The notes: generated from the letters alone by a model not told the origin. A stretch of DNA of 63,655 nt, filler included, from Phoronis australis (GCA_002633005.1; 9 parts of 9 records of this genome joined end to end with filler, not necessarily neighbours in it), one strand, 5' to 3'. Positions 1 to 14,039 are shown, counted from the first letter of the whole stretch. A program made the numbers and translations.

Positions 1-3000
1 CTCTGTGTTACTGGTCTGAATGTTAACTGCGCTATTGTTAAGACATCATTTATGATGTCTCCTGGTTCAAGTATTCCCCTTTGCCCAGTAACTGGTCTGC
101 ACTGCCTGCTACAACTGCTGTAATTCTGGCTATACCTTGGGAGTAGTCAGCGGATCTCTTGTAACATGTCATTCATCAGCAGACTAAAAGTTTCTATTTT
201 GAGGAGGGTAGGCAGTTATACAGTGTGACGAGGACCCAATAAATGGGTCCTAGTGTACAGTAATTCTTCACTTATTTTGCATAGAAATATTTGCCGAAGT
301 TGTCATTTTTCTATTTTTGAAAGGCTCTTGTTTTATGTAATGGAAAATGCTTATCAAATGTTGTTTTATGACATCTGCACAGTGCACTAAACTAAATTAT
401 TGATTGACTGAAATTTTCTTAATTTTTCTTTTTATTGAGAAATTTTGCAAAATAAAATTTCAGTCGTCCACCCTATTGTGTGCTAAATAGGTGAAGAATT
501 TCTGTATTATCATAATGTTCATTTTACAGTCTTGTTTAGCGTGTTCATGTGGGTATTTTATGACGAAAAAGCATGCCATTATATTGTAATATCGGGCATC
601 AAAAGCAATGCCCGGTGACCATTTCTGATTTTGATAACTTCTGTTTTCCTTTCTCGGAAATTGTCTCTATGCCAAACTATTTTTGAGTAGACCCAACAAA
701 TATCCATTTGCTTTGAACTGTGCTAAGTTATAGTGTTTGGTCCTCTAAGTCTATCCTATATGTATCATTTATATACCATTGAAGCTAGAACTTTCTGGTT
801 CCTGGATTGAAGAGAAAGCAATTCATTGTGGTTTTGTTCTATTGTTGTCTGAGACATGTGCTATCAGATATTGGTCTTTAATCCTCTCATCCCTCAGGTC
901 TCCGTCCTTGCCCAAGTTGATGGCTTTTAGATTTTCACAGTCTTACTTATTTTCATATGGTGTTTTTTTCCAGTCTTACCAATACTGGGTATATCTTCTT
1001 TGATAATAAGGCCCTTGAAGTGGTTCCATTTGTGCACTTTCTTCACTTCACTAATCATCTGAAGAAGGTGTCTATAGGACATCAGTCAGACATACTTTTC
1101 CTTTCTGACATTGATAATAGTTTAGTGGTGGCATGTTTTGGAAAGATTTGTACACAGATTTCATTTTGGAGTTCACATATTTGAAAGCCTACACGAAAAT
1201 GGTTGTCATACAAGTTTTTCAGTTGTTTTTGCACCACAAAATATTTGTTAAGCAGCAGCTTCGTAAAACTTTCCTTTAAGAAGAATTGTCTGGTTTATTG
1301 ACAAAATTAAGTCATATGGTATGTAGTATCCCATTAGGTAATAATTCTTAGTTCTTAGCTAATTCAGTATTATTTAATTGCATCTGCCTTGGAGCATTAT
1401 TAAGTCAATTACTTGTTAATTACCTGCTGGTGATATCATTAGTAGATATGAAGGCTTGTTGTTCATTTAGTCTGGATTATAAGAGCCCTGTGTGTTGACT
1501 GCACTACTGAGCCCTGGGTGACACTATCCTAAAAACTTGAAGTGTATGTCCAAAATAAAGATTTCCTTTTTGGAATAGCAGTATGTTCTTAACATGAATA
1601 CTAGTATGAAACTGAGGATAAATTTAGTTTGTAGGTGTTTTCAAAGAATACTCAGTCATTAATTATTTCATTTAAGAAAAACTACTTGAGAGGATCTCAT
1701 TTTTTCTGATTCTGTAAGGTTTAATAGATATTTGTCCCGTTTCACAGCACCTTGCACTGTTGTCAAGCGACCTGTTTTTCAGGAAATATGATCTATAGTG
1801 TGGAGTAGACCAATTACTGCATTAGCGATGGCTTCACTGCACGGACTTAAAAATGAATGATATATCGCGGACTAAAAGTGGTGATTTTTGAAACTCATTG
1901 ACTTCTGAAATTGAATGTCTTGTAAAATGTTAATATTAAAGGTCATTTTTACCCATTCAAAGAAATACAATAAAAAATGGCTGAAGTTGAAATGTTAGGT
2001 TTTGGTTCCCATGATTAAATGCTTGGGTGTAACTTTTGCCAGCTATCAACCTATCCACTTCAAGTGCCTGTGTGGAGAGCAAACTGGGGAAAGGCAAATT
2101 AAAGTAGTTATTACGCTCTTTCTCAATTGAGCTTGTCCAAGTGATAATTCACAATGTTTCGCGCCATTTACAAACCTCTCACTGAACTTCTTTTTTTGCT
2201 TTTTTCATTACTTACAATAATTAAAACAGTAAACGAAAACCTCAGGGAAATACCGTCGTTTTTTTGAACTCGAGCCATTTTGCAGTTGTGTGGCCAGTTT
2301 TGATCCTGTTCAAGTTGACCCTGGACACAGCTTTAGAATTTCCTCCCAGTGTTTTTCACATTGAAATTTTAACTTAATTCATCTATTCAAGGTGTAAAGT
2401 CCCATTTACTCATAAACTTTTGGCCCACGCAACTGACACGGCGCGCGAATAGATCGGTGTCAAGCCTCCGTTTACACAACTCGTTTACACAACTCGCTAA
2501 CTGTGGCAAGATGGAAGTTGTAGGCTGGAGAGACTGGATGATGCAGGTTTACAAATGGTGGGAGTTGCAGAGACCGAGAACCCGTATTTAGGTCTTTACA
2601 CAAGCGCAGTAGATATGATCCTTTCCGGCCTTGCCTCAGCTTCGCGTTTAGACATATAATTGACACGAAGCAAGATGTTCTAGCGCAAATTGCTCTACCT
2701 CACAAACGGGTGGCAAAAGTTGTCACCGCGGTATCAAGTTGCTCCAGTTCAGTCCCGTTCACACATATACTTGTGCTAGAACAACTCCTTCGTTCCCTGT
2801 CAGCTGATCTGTGTCAACTTATGTATTGTAAACCGCACTTAGTACATGGTGTAATGCCTTATTTGTCAACAGCCTCAGCAATCAACTAATAGTTGCTTGA
2901 CAAGGTCAGGGTAGAGGACTTGACCAATATTTTTGCATTTAGAGTTTTGAAACCTGTCTAGCAAAACCAGGAGGCTTGAACACTGGTACAAGCATCTCTC

Positions 3001-3710
3001 TGCTTCTTGTTTTGACCTTCGTTTATAAGGAAAAATGGTAAAACCTTGGGCGTTTAGGCCCTTTGCTTGTCCTGTTTTCAAATGCTAAGGGTTCAAAAAA
3101 TAGTTGACCATTACACATTGAGTTGCCACACACAGTATCATTCTTGCTGTAGCTGCTCATTAGTACAGTGTTCATGTCTTGCTCTTTTACAAGGAAGATA
3201 AACAGTGCAGGTGATCACTGGTTTACTGGCCATACCAGAGGATCCCTGAGTAATGGCCTACAAGGAAGATACTGTATATATTTATCTTTTTCTTGCAGTT
3301 GTTTTTGCAAGATTTGTTTTTCTTTAGTCTAGATGGTGCCTTGCTGGTTCACCAACATGCTGTGTTACTGATAACCAGTGTTTCCTTAAAGGCAACAGTG
3401 TGGATGCACTGTGCCTTTAAACAAACATTGTTTACTGACAAGTGAAGTATGGTTAGAAATAATCTGCTGCTTTAATTTTACCTGCATTGCAAATTATAAG
3501 CGTAAGTGGAATTTGATTGATACTTTTAGTTTTTATAGAATAATTTACTTGATAGGTCACAGTTAACACAGAAGAGGTAAAAATCAAAACTGGGGAGTGA
3601 AGTATTGCGTCTAACATCATAAAGTTATCAATAACTTTTTCTCCATTGTGTTCTATAAAGTGTATGTCTATAATCTGATGTCTTATAATATGTATGTTCA
3701 AATTTTTCAG

Positions 3711-6700
3711 AGACCCGTTAGCTATACGGTCACCTACAATGTAGAAGAAGACCATAGTGAAGATAGCCTCATTGTGGGATCTCACGCTCAGGTAATGTTA
3801 CCAGATAAAAACAATCTTGCATTGTTTTTGAAAGTTCCTGCATCTGTGATGGAAATCAGTCCTGTTATTGATGAAGTATTATGATCAGTTAAAGTGACAC
3901 CAAAAAATTACACCCGACTTGCCCCGATCACCTGCAGACTGCATAACGAACATACTCTTGTGTTTCCAATGGGGTAAACCTAATCTGATGGAAATACCGT
4001 TACAGGCGCACTGCTTTGTAACAAAGGGGCAGTTGAAATTCCCTTATGAATAGGCCAGAATTCCTTTGATGTCCTAACAGACAACCTGCGGGTAAAGTAC
4101 CTCCTCTAGCCTAGTGTTGGTGTTGCAAGGTCTGTAAAGGCTATTTCTATATCATGAAAAATTTCAAACCAGCAATCCTCTTGAAAATTGTGTTACTTAC
4201 GAGGGTCTCGCTTTAAAAAGAGGAACCTCTGAGGGTGATGATGGGCACTGGACTGAAAACAAGAAGTAGAAAGTCTGGAAGTGTCTATAAGCTCTGCACA
4301 AAAATGTTTGACATGACAGAAGTAGTCTTCTAATGTATTCTCTGTCTTTGAATGTTTTGCTGTTAGCTGATGGCTTGGCACTGAATTCTGCCTTGTTCTT
4401 AAACCCCGAGAAAAACCTCATTGGGTCATCTATATTGCAGTAAAGATTGCCCTATTTGGGATATTGAAAAATTAATAATTTTGCTTAAGAACAGAGCTTA
4501 TGACATTTTAAAAATAGGCAATATTGGCCGTTCCAAATTCAAGAGTTATAATCAACCACAAAATAACTGATCATTTTCCTCGATGTTACCTGAAAACTTT
4601 CTGTCGGTGAGTATTTTTAATGATTTTATGAACTCTCAATTCTGTTTTCCGGCTCTGTTAATAAAAAGCACTGTCCGATATTTGAGAAGTACGATGAACG
4701 CCAAAATTGCAAAAGTCCCAAACTTCAGAATCAAAAAATTTGAATTTTAGCTTGAATTTTGGTGTCCCAAATTTTAGGGACTGTTGACCATGATGTGCTC
4801 TGTTCACTAAAGTGATTATTTATGTAAGGTCACTCACTTGTTGATCTCGTGTATAGCAACAGGTATGCAGTTAATTAAAGGGATTTTTGATATGTATTAG
4901 AAAGGTTTTCCTGGACCTACACTTCAGAACAAATAATTAACACATGCGCTTTGTGTTGTAAATATTGTATGCGATAAAAGCAACAATGACATTTTGTTAG
5001 TTGAATTGTTGCCACTTGCTTGTTACTGGGGATGGGTGACATGTGATTGTATTTAACTTTGTTCAAAAGGTGGCGCTGGTTGTTTGACTTTGGCTTAAAG
5101 TCTTTGGGCAAAAATAGGGATCGAAGATGTTATTTCTTTTTTACAACTGCGAATATTGCACTGGACTGTGATGTGTTGCCATTGGTGCAACAACACTTAT
5201 GACGTCATGCACTGTCCGGTACATGGGTAAAGATGATGAAGCCACTTGCGGCTTAACTTTCATACAGTCATTTTCTTGCATGGCATTGCACACGCTATTA
5301 ATGCCTCAGTCCAGAAAGACCCGAGGATGACCAGCCATGTTGTGTGGGCTCGTGACCTATGGCGGAAAACACGAGTCTCCCAATAATCAGTCGGATTGAT
5401 TTCTTAATTTTTATAACTTGGCGAATCTTGCATAGGCGATATGCTGTGGTCTCCTTCCAGGTGCTTGTCTACATTTCTTTGTTTGTCATGAACCGCGTTG
5501 CCTCATCGGAGGTCTGCTCTGTTCAGTCATGTGCAGACCATGCGTGCACCCAGCCTTCAATATGGGGGGCTCGAATTTTTGCCATTGTGGACTTTTTGGT
5601 AACAAAAAGGCAGGCGGACTAAAAAAAAAAAAGCGGGCGCACCACAGTCAGTGAATTGTGCGTTTAGGGGAGTTTTGTGTCATTTCTCAGACTTTTCATC
5701 TTACAACAGTTTTCTGAGTTTTCCAAGCCTTGATATGTCTAGACAAATGTTCTTTGTATGTTCTTTGATGATGCTGTTATCTGCGAATATCATTGATCCT
5801 TGACCTTCCTTCCATGTTGATGGTTTGACTTGGTGATAATGCTGACCTCTGAGGGAGGGTGTAGCCCCTAATTGCCCTGCTGTTGTCTGTCTGTCAGACT
5901 TTTCTGATAGCCTTTTGGGCATGATTAAGTATTTGGTAATTTACTGTGTTTCAACATTATTGTACTTCCACACAGAAAAACACCAAGTGGGATATTCAAC
6001 CATTCTGGGCATGATTAGTTTACACCATGGGCGGCGCACCATAGGGGTTGGGAGGGCTATAGCCCCCACTTTTTTCAGTGTTACACCGCACATGGTCTAT
6101 AGGCGATGCACCACTGGGGGCTGAGGGAGCTTTAGCCCCCCACTTCTTTCAGTGCTGCGCCGCCCATGAACACGTCGTACCTTGTTATCCATGGTATATT
6201 ACGTGCCGCTCAGCATCAAAAAGTCAAACCATTTTTCAATTTGCTTTCACATTGAACCTTTACTCCCCCAGTATAACATTCTTTTCTGACCACAAGCAGC
6301 GTAACTTTTGGTGGGGATAAATACTGTGGTATTACATTTACTCTTCAAAACATGGGATTAACGATTGCCGTAAAATTTAGTCCAGCGGCACTTTTCTGTG
6401 GGAGAGCTTAATCCATCACAGTAAATATGGCTACCAAGACCGCAGTAAAATTTTTTTGTTGGTTTGACAAGAGTGAGCATGATTAGTTTCGCACCATTAC
6501 ATTAAACTGTTCTCGCTGGTTTCTTCTCTGAATGAGATTTGCCAAAAACACCTAAAAGATGGCAACAGCAAAGGCAATATAGAGTGAATAATTGATCTCA
6601 ATGGATTTCATTTTGGCTTCACCTCCATCTGTGTCTCGGCTGACGATCTGACATTGCAAATGGCCAGCACATACACATACGCCATCTGTAGCCTTGATCT

Positions 6701-9700
6701 ATTTTACCTCAGATATTTACTGCGATGCATGCTAATGCAGTCACACAAACTCTTAGTCTTTTACCAAGGTTAAGTCACGGTGGGTGCGTATTGCCTTTCT
6801 GGGGAGGGTATCTTGCACTTTGTGGCATTCTGGCCTTTAGATCCATCAGTAATGGTCGCAGAAACCCAAAACCTGAGGACCAACTCTTCTGAAGTTAATT
6901 CTTTCCTAGTGGTGTCTTAAGGCATGTAGAACTTGAGTGAAATATTTTGGCAATGTTCAGTCTCTAGCTTATCTCATGAGATCGCCCTTCAGAAATTCTT
7001 GCATTTACCAGTTGTATTATTTAAGAATGATGTATTAATTAATTGTTAGACACATTTGTTAATGTCTTTGTTTACCCCCAGAAGTGTGCACAGTCTGATG
7101 AAGTTCTGGTAGCAAAGTTGTCCTGTTTCTACACGGCTGCAGCTTTACCCACGATCCTAAGCCAACTGGAGGTCGTCCGCCAGAGTACTCGTCACCACAG
7201 TCCCAAGGTCCACCACTGCAGTCACTATCTGCAGGCTTGCCTATCGACACTGGAAGAGATCTACACTCTGGTCACTCAGGTGAGGCATTCCAGTTGATCT
7301 GACTTAGCTCTCTTCATGTTTTGTAATATTTTGTTGTAGACTGGCAACGAAATTCTTCAAAAGTCACTGCAACCTCACGCATCTGGTGGTGGTGTTAATT
7401 TTTTTTTTTTGAAGCCATAGCTCTCCTTTGAAGACAACATGCAGTTTGCAGTGGACAAGCATATGAGTGGGTGCAATGTTTAAATTGAATGTAGGAATCT
7501 GCCTCAGGTTCACTTGTGATGCTTACTGTAAACACTTTGCATGTTTTGTAACGGTATTACTTGGCGAAAATTTGATGAGTCCTTCATATACTCTGAACTT
7601 TGTTCAGGTTTTCTTGCTTTCTTATTTGTCTGTACTGTATTTCTTGTTTTGATACAGTGCATTGTTTGTTTTCTTAGTTTCAGATGATTAAATCCAACTT
7701 TGATGTTGATTTTGATTGTTTTTTTTTTGGACTAAAAGCACATTTCGATGTCACATTGATTCCATCATTTCAGGCTTCTTTGTGAAATTTGATGAATTCG
7801 GACCACTGGAAATTTGTCTTCAAAAACTTCAAAAACAAAAAAGACACCCTGCAGCTTTCTTTTCGTTTCTGTACTGACCTAGAAATAAGGATTTTATCAG
7901 GTCTAAAGTACTGACCAATAATGAACTGGACATCTTACATTGTTATCAGCTTATGTACAGGCAAACCACATATTAGGTATGCTAATCTTAATGAAAGGTG
8001 TGGCTTTCAGGTGTACTCTTTATCACACATTTCACCTCTATTATCTGAGGACATTCCAAGGTCCTATGCCTTCTCTCAGTAGTTAACCTTTGATCTTGAT
8101 CCAATGTTTTTACAACATGCCTATGCAGATTAGCATTTTTATGGGGATCTAAGGACTTGATACCTGATACATTATCTGGATATCTCTGATACCACTCAGG
8201 TGAGAGAATATTGAAGTTTGATAGACCAGAAGCGTGTTCAACAGAGTGAGCGCCCGCTAGCGTGTACTCGCCAACACAAGGAACAGCTCCTGAACAGCTG
8301 TGAGCGCTCACTGTGCGATCCAGTATGGCGACTCTGAAGCAGATTGTGTTGAACGTGTTAGCCGATGAGCTTAACACTAACAGTCCTTCCTATGGCGTGC
8401 TGAGCGATAAATATGATTAATCTTTTCCAATAATTATTAATATCGGCAGCCCAATTGACAACAACCGTGAAGGCTTTGGCCCGACAAGAATCGGAAATTA
8501 CGTCGAGGAAACTGTTCCTCGCTACAGCGACCCGCAATTTAAGTCGCAGTTTCGGATGAGTCGGTCAACTTTTGAGGTTAGTTTTNAAATGACCATGTTA
8601 AAGTATATGCCCTCAAAATATGATCACTGCATCTTAGCAATTATAGTCCCAATTGACACCAAGTTTTAAACACATTCGTCTTCCATAACAATAATCTGTC
8701 CATCACTCTACATAAGTCTTGTGATATTTAGACTGGACTTAGTACTTGAGATTAAAAAATAGTTAGTGTTAAATTTTGATTTTATTTTGTGCCAAGTAGT
8801 GAAATACTAATTGTTTTCCAGGCAAACTGTTCTATTGCTGAGTATCAGCTTCCAATTATTGTGTGATATTAAAATTGTATTTACGATCATAATTCAACTT
8901 CTCCCAAACAGTTGAATGTCAAAACAGTGTGTAACTAACTTCCATGAATAGATGCAAAAAATGATAAATCACAACTGGAACTAATACTATCAAATAAATT
9001 TCCTGACTGTGGAAGCCGCCTCAGGCTCCTTCCACTAGTAAGTTCCAGAAATTGTGTTTTATAATTTTTTGCATAGGTAGTTACTCAGCTGGATGAATGA
9101 TAATGTTCATCGTTTATTTTCGTTAACATTATGTCGTGCNNNNNNNNNNNNNNNNNNNNNNNNNNNNNNNNNNNNNNNNNNNNTTAATTAATTAANNNNN
9201 NNNNNNNNNNNNNNNNNNNNNNNNNNNNNNNNNNNNNNNTTTCCAGTTGAAAATATACAAGAGATTAAGGTATCATGATTCAACATCCTCAGATGTCTTA
9301 AAAAGTCACTGTTGAGCATCTGGGACCCCATATTCACTGCTTTTCAGTTTGCTTTTCTCTTCTTTGTTTGTTTTTATTACTTATTTACTTTTTTGCTCAT
9401 TTTTGTTTTGTTCGTGACACTGTTTTTAAACACTCGTGCAGCACTATTTGGGAGGTCTAAGTTTAATTGAAGTAGGCAACTTTGCGGTGGAATATCCGTT
9501 CGTAGAAATATCCTTGAACTCCATGTGATCCATATAGTAACTGGGTAAAATTTTCATGGTTTTCTTTTCTGAAAAGCTTTAAAATGGAGGTTATCGCAGT
9601 AACGAGCTGTTCTAACTTTAGAAAGTTGTGCTGAGACTCAGTTTAACCCTAATGTCTTCTGCTAACAGATAAACAGCAGACATACACGAGTAATCGGGTC

Positions 9701-10983
9701 AACAAAACAAGAAGGTGCTTTATGGGGCTTTAAAATGTCCAGTTGGGTATTTGTAGACATTAAATGTGCAGGATATTGTGTATTTAGGGATTGTTTTGGC
9801 AGTGATGGTGGTAGAAACAGTTGAAGACATAATGTTAGGCTTTGACTTGTATTCAATGCAGCGCTGACTGTTAAATGAAATGTGTTAAAACAAATAAAAG
9901 ACCCACAAATAATATACAATCTAATACGTACACATCTGTAAAAGATATCCAGCTACGCCTACAAATGTATGCAAAATATTTGAGCAAAAATTATGTTTGA
10001 AAATATGCATTATAAGATTTGGGTGCGTGGACCTTGATGCGTGACCCTTTTTTCCTGGACCACAAGTGACTATAGAGTAAAAAGTCGCATCTAACAAAAA
10101 AGAGAATTTACTCGGGTAGGAGGAAAAACAACTTAGAACAGACGGCAGAGAGAGGGCGCTGACTACAGCGAAACGACATCTGGCGGACTGGCGTTATCTA
10201 AAGAGTCAAATGCATGTACTAGAATAACCAGTCCATGGAGGATTAGACTTATGATGGTCAGACCTGCACTTTTGGTTTCAACTGTGTGCGGGAAACTTTG
10301 GTTAACGTTTTATCACTACCCCATTTTCAGATTGATCAGCTACAGGAGATGGTCCCTAATGTATTCTGGAAACTGGTTAACGTTTTATCACTTCCCCATT
10401 TTCAAATTTATCAGCTACAGGGTGTGGTCCCTACAGTATTCGGAAAACTGGTTATCATTTTATCACTACCCCATTTTCAAATTGATCAGCTACAGGGTGT
10501 GGTCCCTACAGTATTCGGGAAACTCTGATTAACGTTTTATCACTACCCCATTTTCAGATTGATCAGCTTCAGGATGTGGTCCCTACGCTTCGCTTCACTC
10601 AGGATACTGACTATTACTTTCAAGCTAGTGTCATCACTCTTGTGGACCTCACTGTAGGAAATGAACCACTGAGTTCTACTGACAAGGTGAGTCGGCCAGG
10701 TCATGAGCTCGCATCGATGGGTACGTGAAGTGGTGGCCTGGTTGTATGGTAGAGCTGGAATGAGTTTTGCTGATGCGACCGTCTCGCGAAGGGGACTGTT
10801 AATATCAAGTGCTCGCTTGTAATGCATGGCAATATCTCGCAGTCTTGCTTGATCTGGCATTTTCACAAACTGATACTCTTGTCTACAGAACGCATGCCAG
10901 CTCACTCTTGTTCATTTCTACAGAAACTGAGTTTGGGACTTGTTGGACACTGCATGAATTTCAAACAAGGACTTTACACTTGA
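3711..10983 (+). CDS. 3' part of an unidentified spliced protein-coding gene; exons 3711-3791, 5461-5511, 7082-7279, 10558-10686, 10924-10983 (stop)
   Basis: Five AG/GT-bounded open exons, all phase 0, join as RPVSYTVTYNVEEDHSEDSLIVGSHAQ|VLVYISLFVMNRVASSE|KCAQSDEVLVAKLSCFY...LEEIYTLVTQ|IDQLQDVVPTLRFTQD...PLSSTDK|KLSLGLVGHCMNFKQGLYT*. AATAAA occurs near 11515 and 11662. A scaffold gap (9140-9239) lies between exons 3 and 4. The exon 2 donor (gtctgc) is weak. Family not recognised. Confidence 0.6.
6026..6168. mobile_element. MITE with 13-bp TIRs (CA...TG ends, hAT-like)
   Basis: Begins CATGGGCGGCGCA and ends TGCGCCGCCCATG, with internal GGGG...AGCCCCC sub-repeats. No clean TSD. Confidence 0.65.
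8325..8576 (+). pseudogene. PIF/Harbinger (HARBI1-like) transposase first exon, disrupted
   Basis: ATG at 8325 gives MATLKQIVLNVLADE..., with an in-frame TAA at 8418-8420, then RIGNYVEETVPRYSDPQFKSQFRMSRSTFE|gttagt. F-x-x-x-FRMSRSTFE is the N-terminal motif typical of Harbinger transposases. Confidence 0.8.
10288..10584 (+). repeat. Tandem repeat, ~75-76 bp x ~4, spanning a splice acceptor and the start of exon 10558-10686
   Basis: Unit TTAACGTTTTATCACTACCCCATTTTCA[G/A]ATTGATCAGCTACAGG..GTGGTCCCTA recurs at ~10302, 10377, 10452, 10529. Confidence 0.9.
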
Positions 10984-12388
10984 GCCATTTGGATCTACCA
11001 TTTCGTGTATTATTACTCATTCACGGTAGTTTAGTGACAGGAGAGCATTTTAGTGATAGAAGGTTCATTCATGTGATGTAGCCTGCGGTTCTCATGGCTA
11101 GGTGAATTACACAAAACATTTATGGAACCTAGTGGTATTTTTTTATTTTCTGCTCGTTAGGTGTACTAACAGTATTTAGTGGTGAGAACTAAAATCGACA
11201 CGATTAGCAATTTCATCACGCGTATAATAATCGAGTGAAGTGCCACGTGCATATGTTGTATCACAGTTGACTACTGAACGAATCGCCTGTCTTTAGAATT
11301 GCGCTTCTCGCAGTGAGGTGTTAAACTAAGCGGAAGAAAAACATACCGCTAGGTGTGATTACTCTGAGATTTATACGTTGCTGAAACTGTAGACTACGCT
11401 AGCTCTGTGTGAACACGCTAAGCATGGCTTGTGTCCAGGAAGTCGTACATTCTTCATATCTGGCAGTTTTCGTAAAGTCAGCAAATTTCGACACTTGGTT
11501 AGGCGACAAAAGCAAATAAAATCAGACGCATTTCTTTATCTTTGAAAATTTAGCAGAAAATTCTCGCTCTGAAAATTCTTCCTTTAATGTGCAGATTACT
11601 CTCCCTCTGACGCTGATCACCTGTAGGCATTGCTTTACCACATCCTTCCTGTTTCCAATTCAATAAACTTAAACTGGTAGAAATGATTACAGGTGCAGTA
11701 CTTAACAAAGATTTACATGCTCAGTTAACTCGGGAATGTCTTGATAAATAGGCTACTAGACTTGCTGCTTGGCTGGGGTAAGGCACCTCGCCTGGTGTGC
11801 AAGGTCTGTAAAAACTATTCCTATGGCATGCAGCCCATGCAAATCATCACTTGTAGCTGTGGTGGTCTGTTTTGTAACCTCACAATTTTTATGTGGTTTC
11901 ATCAATTTTGATATTTCAGAAGCAGTTGCACAAACTAATTCCGCAAATGAAGCTGGTGACCAGTAAACTTCGTGACAAGTTTAACCAGTTAGATACTTCA
12001 CGGGTGAGTAAGGCTTGGAATTTTCCTCTTTTGAGAGAATTTTCACTTTTTTGGTTTCGATTTCCTCTTATTCGATTTCCAGTTTCCTCTTTTTTGTGTC
12101 TTTTTTTATTTTTGTGGCTTCGTTCGTGCAAAAAGGTGTATTTCAATTAAATTTTGCAACACAAGGAATATTTCTATCACACAGGCCTATTTATTTGTGG
12201 AATGATAAGTCACTTGGAAAATTTTCCTGGTTTTTGTCATTGGTCATTCNNNNNNNNNNNNNNNNNNNNNNNNNNNNNNNNNNNNNNNNNNNNTTAATTA
12301 ATTAANNNNNNNNNNNNNNNNNNNNNNNNNNNNNNNNNNNNNNNNNNNNTCCAACTACGGATGTTGACACAGATGCTGATACTACAAG

Positions 12389-13730
12389 TACCGTATTTGC
12401 CGTAATAACCGCCCATGCCCCTATAAGTGTTCCCACCATGCGTTTTCAGACTTTGCTAAAATAAGCACCCAGTCCATGAACGTGTACGTGCCAAAAATGT
12501 CTTACCTACAGTACTACAATTCTACAGTAACGTCTTCAATTTATAAATAATATCCGTCAGTCCTGAAAAAAATTGTGCGCAGAATTTGTAGACCACGAGC
12601 CTCGCCGCTATGTCGGTATTTAGCCGTGACTATATACTTCAAACTTCCGCCATGCCTCAAAACAAACACAAAAGTTCTGCTGATATTGCGAGGACCAATG
12701 GTCTGGTGTTTCAGAACAGAAATAGTGTACTTGTCTACGGGATTGCTTTGCAGATACTTCCCGCTTTCAACAGGAATCCAAATTTCTTTGTAGGCCTACA
12801 TGTGAAAACCGCGAATCAAAGACTAATGAAAAGCTTGGCCAGTGTTAAAAGCACGTGGCCATGAAGCGCGCGCTACATACATGAACCTGACATCAAAGGC
12901 ATTAGTCGGGAACTATCCATTCATGAAACGGATAGCATAGAATCGGCAAGAAAAGAATACTGGCACTAATTTCCAACAGTTTCTCATACTATAAAAAATG
13001 TTTGCATTATTTTTAAGATGAATTGTTTGATTAACCATAATTGGTGTTTTTAAGCCAAATATCTGAATAAATGACCACTGACAGTGAATGCTTACACACC
13101 CTTACACCGAAAAATAACTGTCAGATAGTCACGTACGCCGCATCCAGCCACACGGCGACTAATATGGCCTTAACGAGACAAATGTCGAACGTTTTTAGCA
13201 CATGAGACCGGCAAGTGCCGAATGAAACACGCTCTGGTTTAGGTCTACTGCTTGTGCAAATTTCTTTAGATACAATGCACATGTAGCTCGTTAGATTGCG
13301 TGGCTCTGGCCAAAAGACAGCATCTGCTCTGGCAAATGAACTCTGGTGACACGCACGCGCTCGCTTACTCACAAACACAGACAACTTCAAAACAAACGTC
13401 ACGTGACAACAACATGTGTGTTTGTCCAGACATTTTTCTCATGTTGCCTATCATTTATGTAGATGTCACGATGTACTAGCAGATTTTTATTTAACCTGCC
13501 GTGATCCCGACTCCACGGGAACTTGGAAAACTTAAGGAGGATTTCAGGTAATTTGCGTGAGTCGAAACTGTATTTTTATTCAAGCATTCAAGTCGCCAAA
13601 TCGACGATTGCTATTTATTAAATTTCATAAAAATCCATTAAGGAACTTCTGAGAAACAGACGAAAATGGAAAAAAATGAAAGTGCCACTATGGGGCACAG
13701 CGTTCATCGGATCCGTCTGAAAGTCATCCT
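12389..13730 (-). mobile_element. pogo/Tc1-mariner-like non-autonomous element, degenerate inverted copy of the 14787-15670 family, interrupted by other sequence
   Basis: Starts TA-CCGTATTTGCCGTAATAACCGCCC. 12389-12740 and ~13350-13610 are reverse-complement homologous to 15310-15670 and ~15060-15300. The - strand reads DKYTISVLK...FVLRHGGSLKYIVTAKYRH. Right boundary approximate. Confidence 0.7.
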
Positions 13731-13803
13731 CTGTTGTCAACTTCATACAAACACACTTGCTAAATTTAATAAAAATCCTACAGTGTGTTTAGGAGATGAG
13801 TTG

Positions 13804-14010
13804 AGGAGGCAATGTGGCCTAGTGTGATAGGTGCCCACCATCATGCGTTCGAGTCTCACTGCTAAACCCTTGGGTCAGGTTTCTAGCTCCTCAGCTCGGT
13901 TTTAACTATATGTTAATAAAGCACAAAAATAGTTCCAGGTGAGCAGTGCAATGGGCCCACATGCGTGGCCTGAGCACATCTGGTACAAAGTGCACAAGAC
14001 CACCTGCAAT
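13804..14010 (+). mobile_element. tRNA-derived SINE
   Basis: A-box-like TGGCCTAGTG and B-box-like GTTCGAGTC, followed by a body (AAACCCTTG.G.CAGGTTTCTAGCTCCTCAG...AATAAAGCACAAAAATAGTTC...GTGCAATGGGCCC) shared with the - strand copy at 37400-37601. Confidence 0.75.
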
Positions 14011-14039
14011 TATTTTTTTTGGAGACAGCGATGGGCGCA

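Noticed and set aside
9184-9195. TTAATTAATTAA palindrome centred in N-runs (also 12294, 37646, 42858, 46599, 54651, 57402, 60913)
   Set aside because: Artificial six-frame-stop scaffolding linker. Adjacency of contigs across these gaps is not guaranteed.
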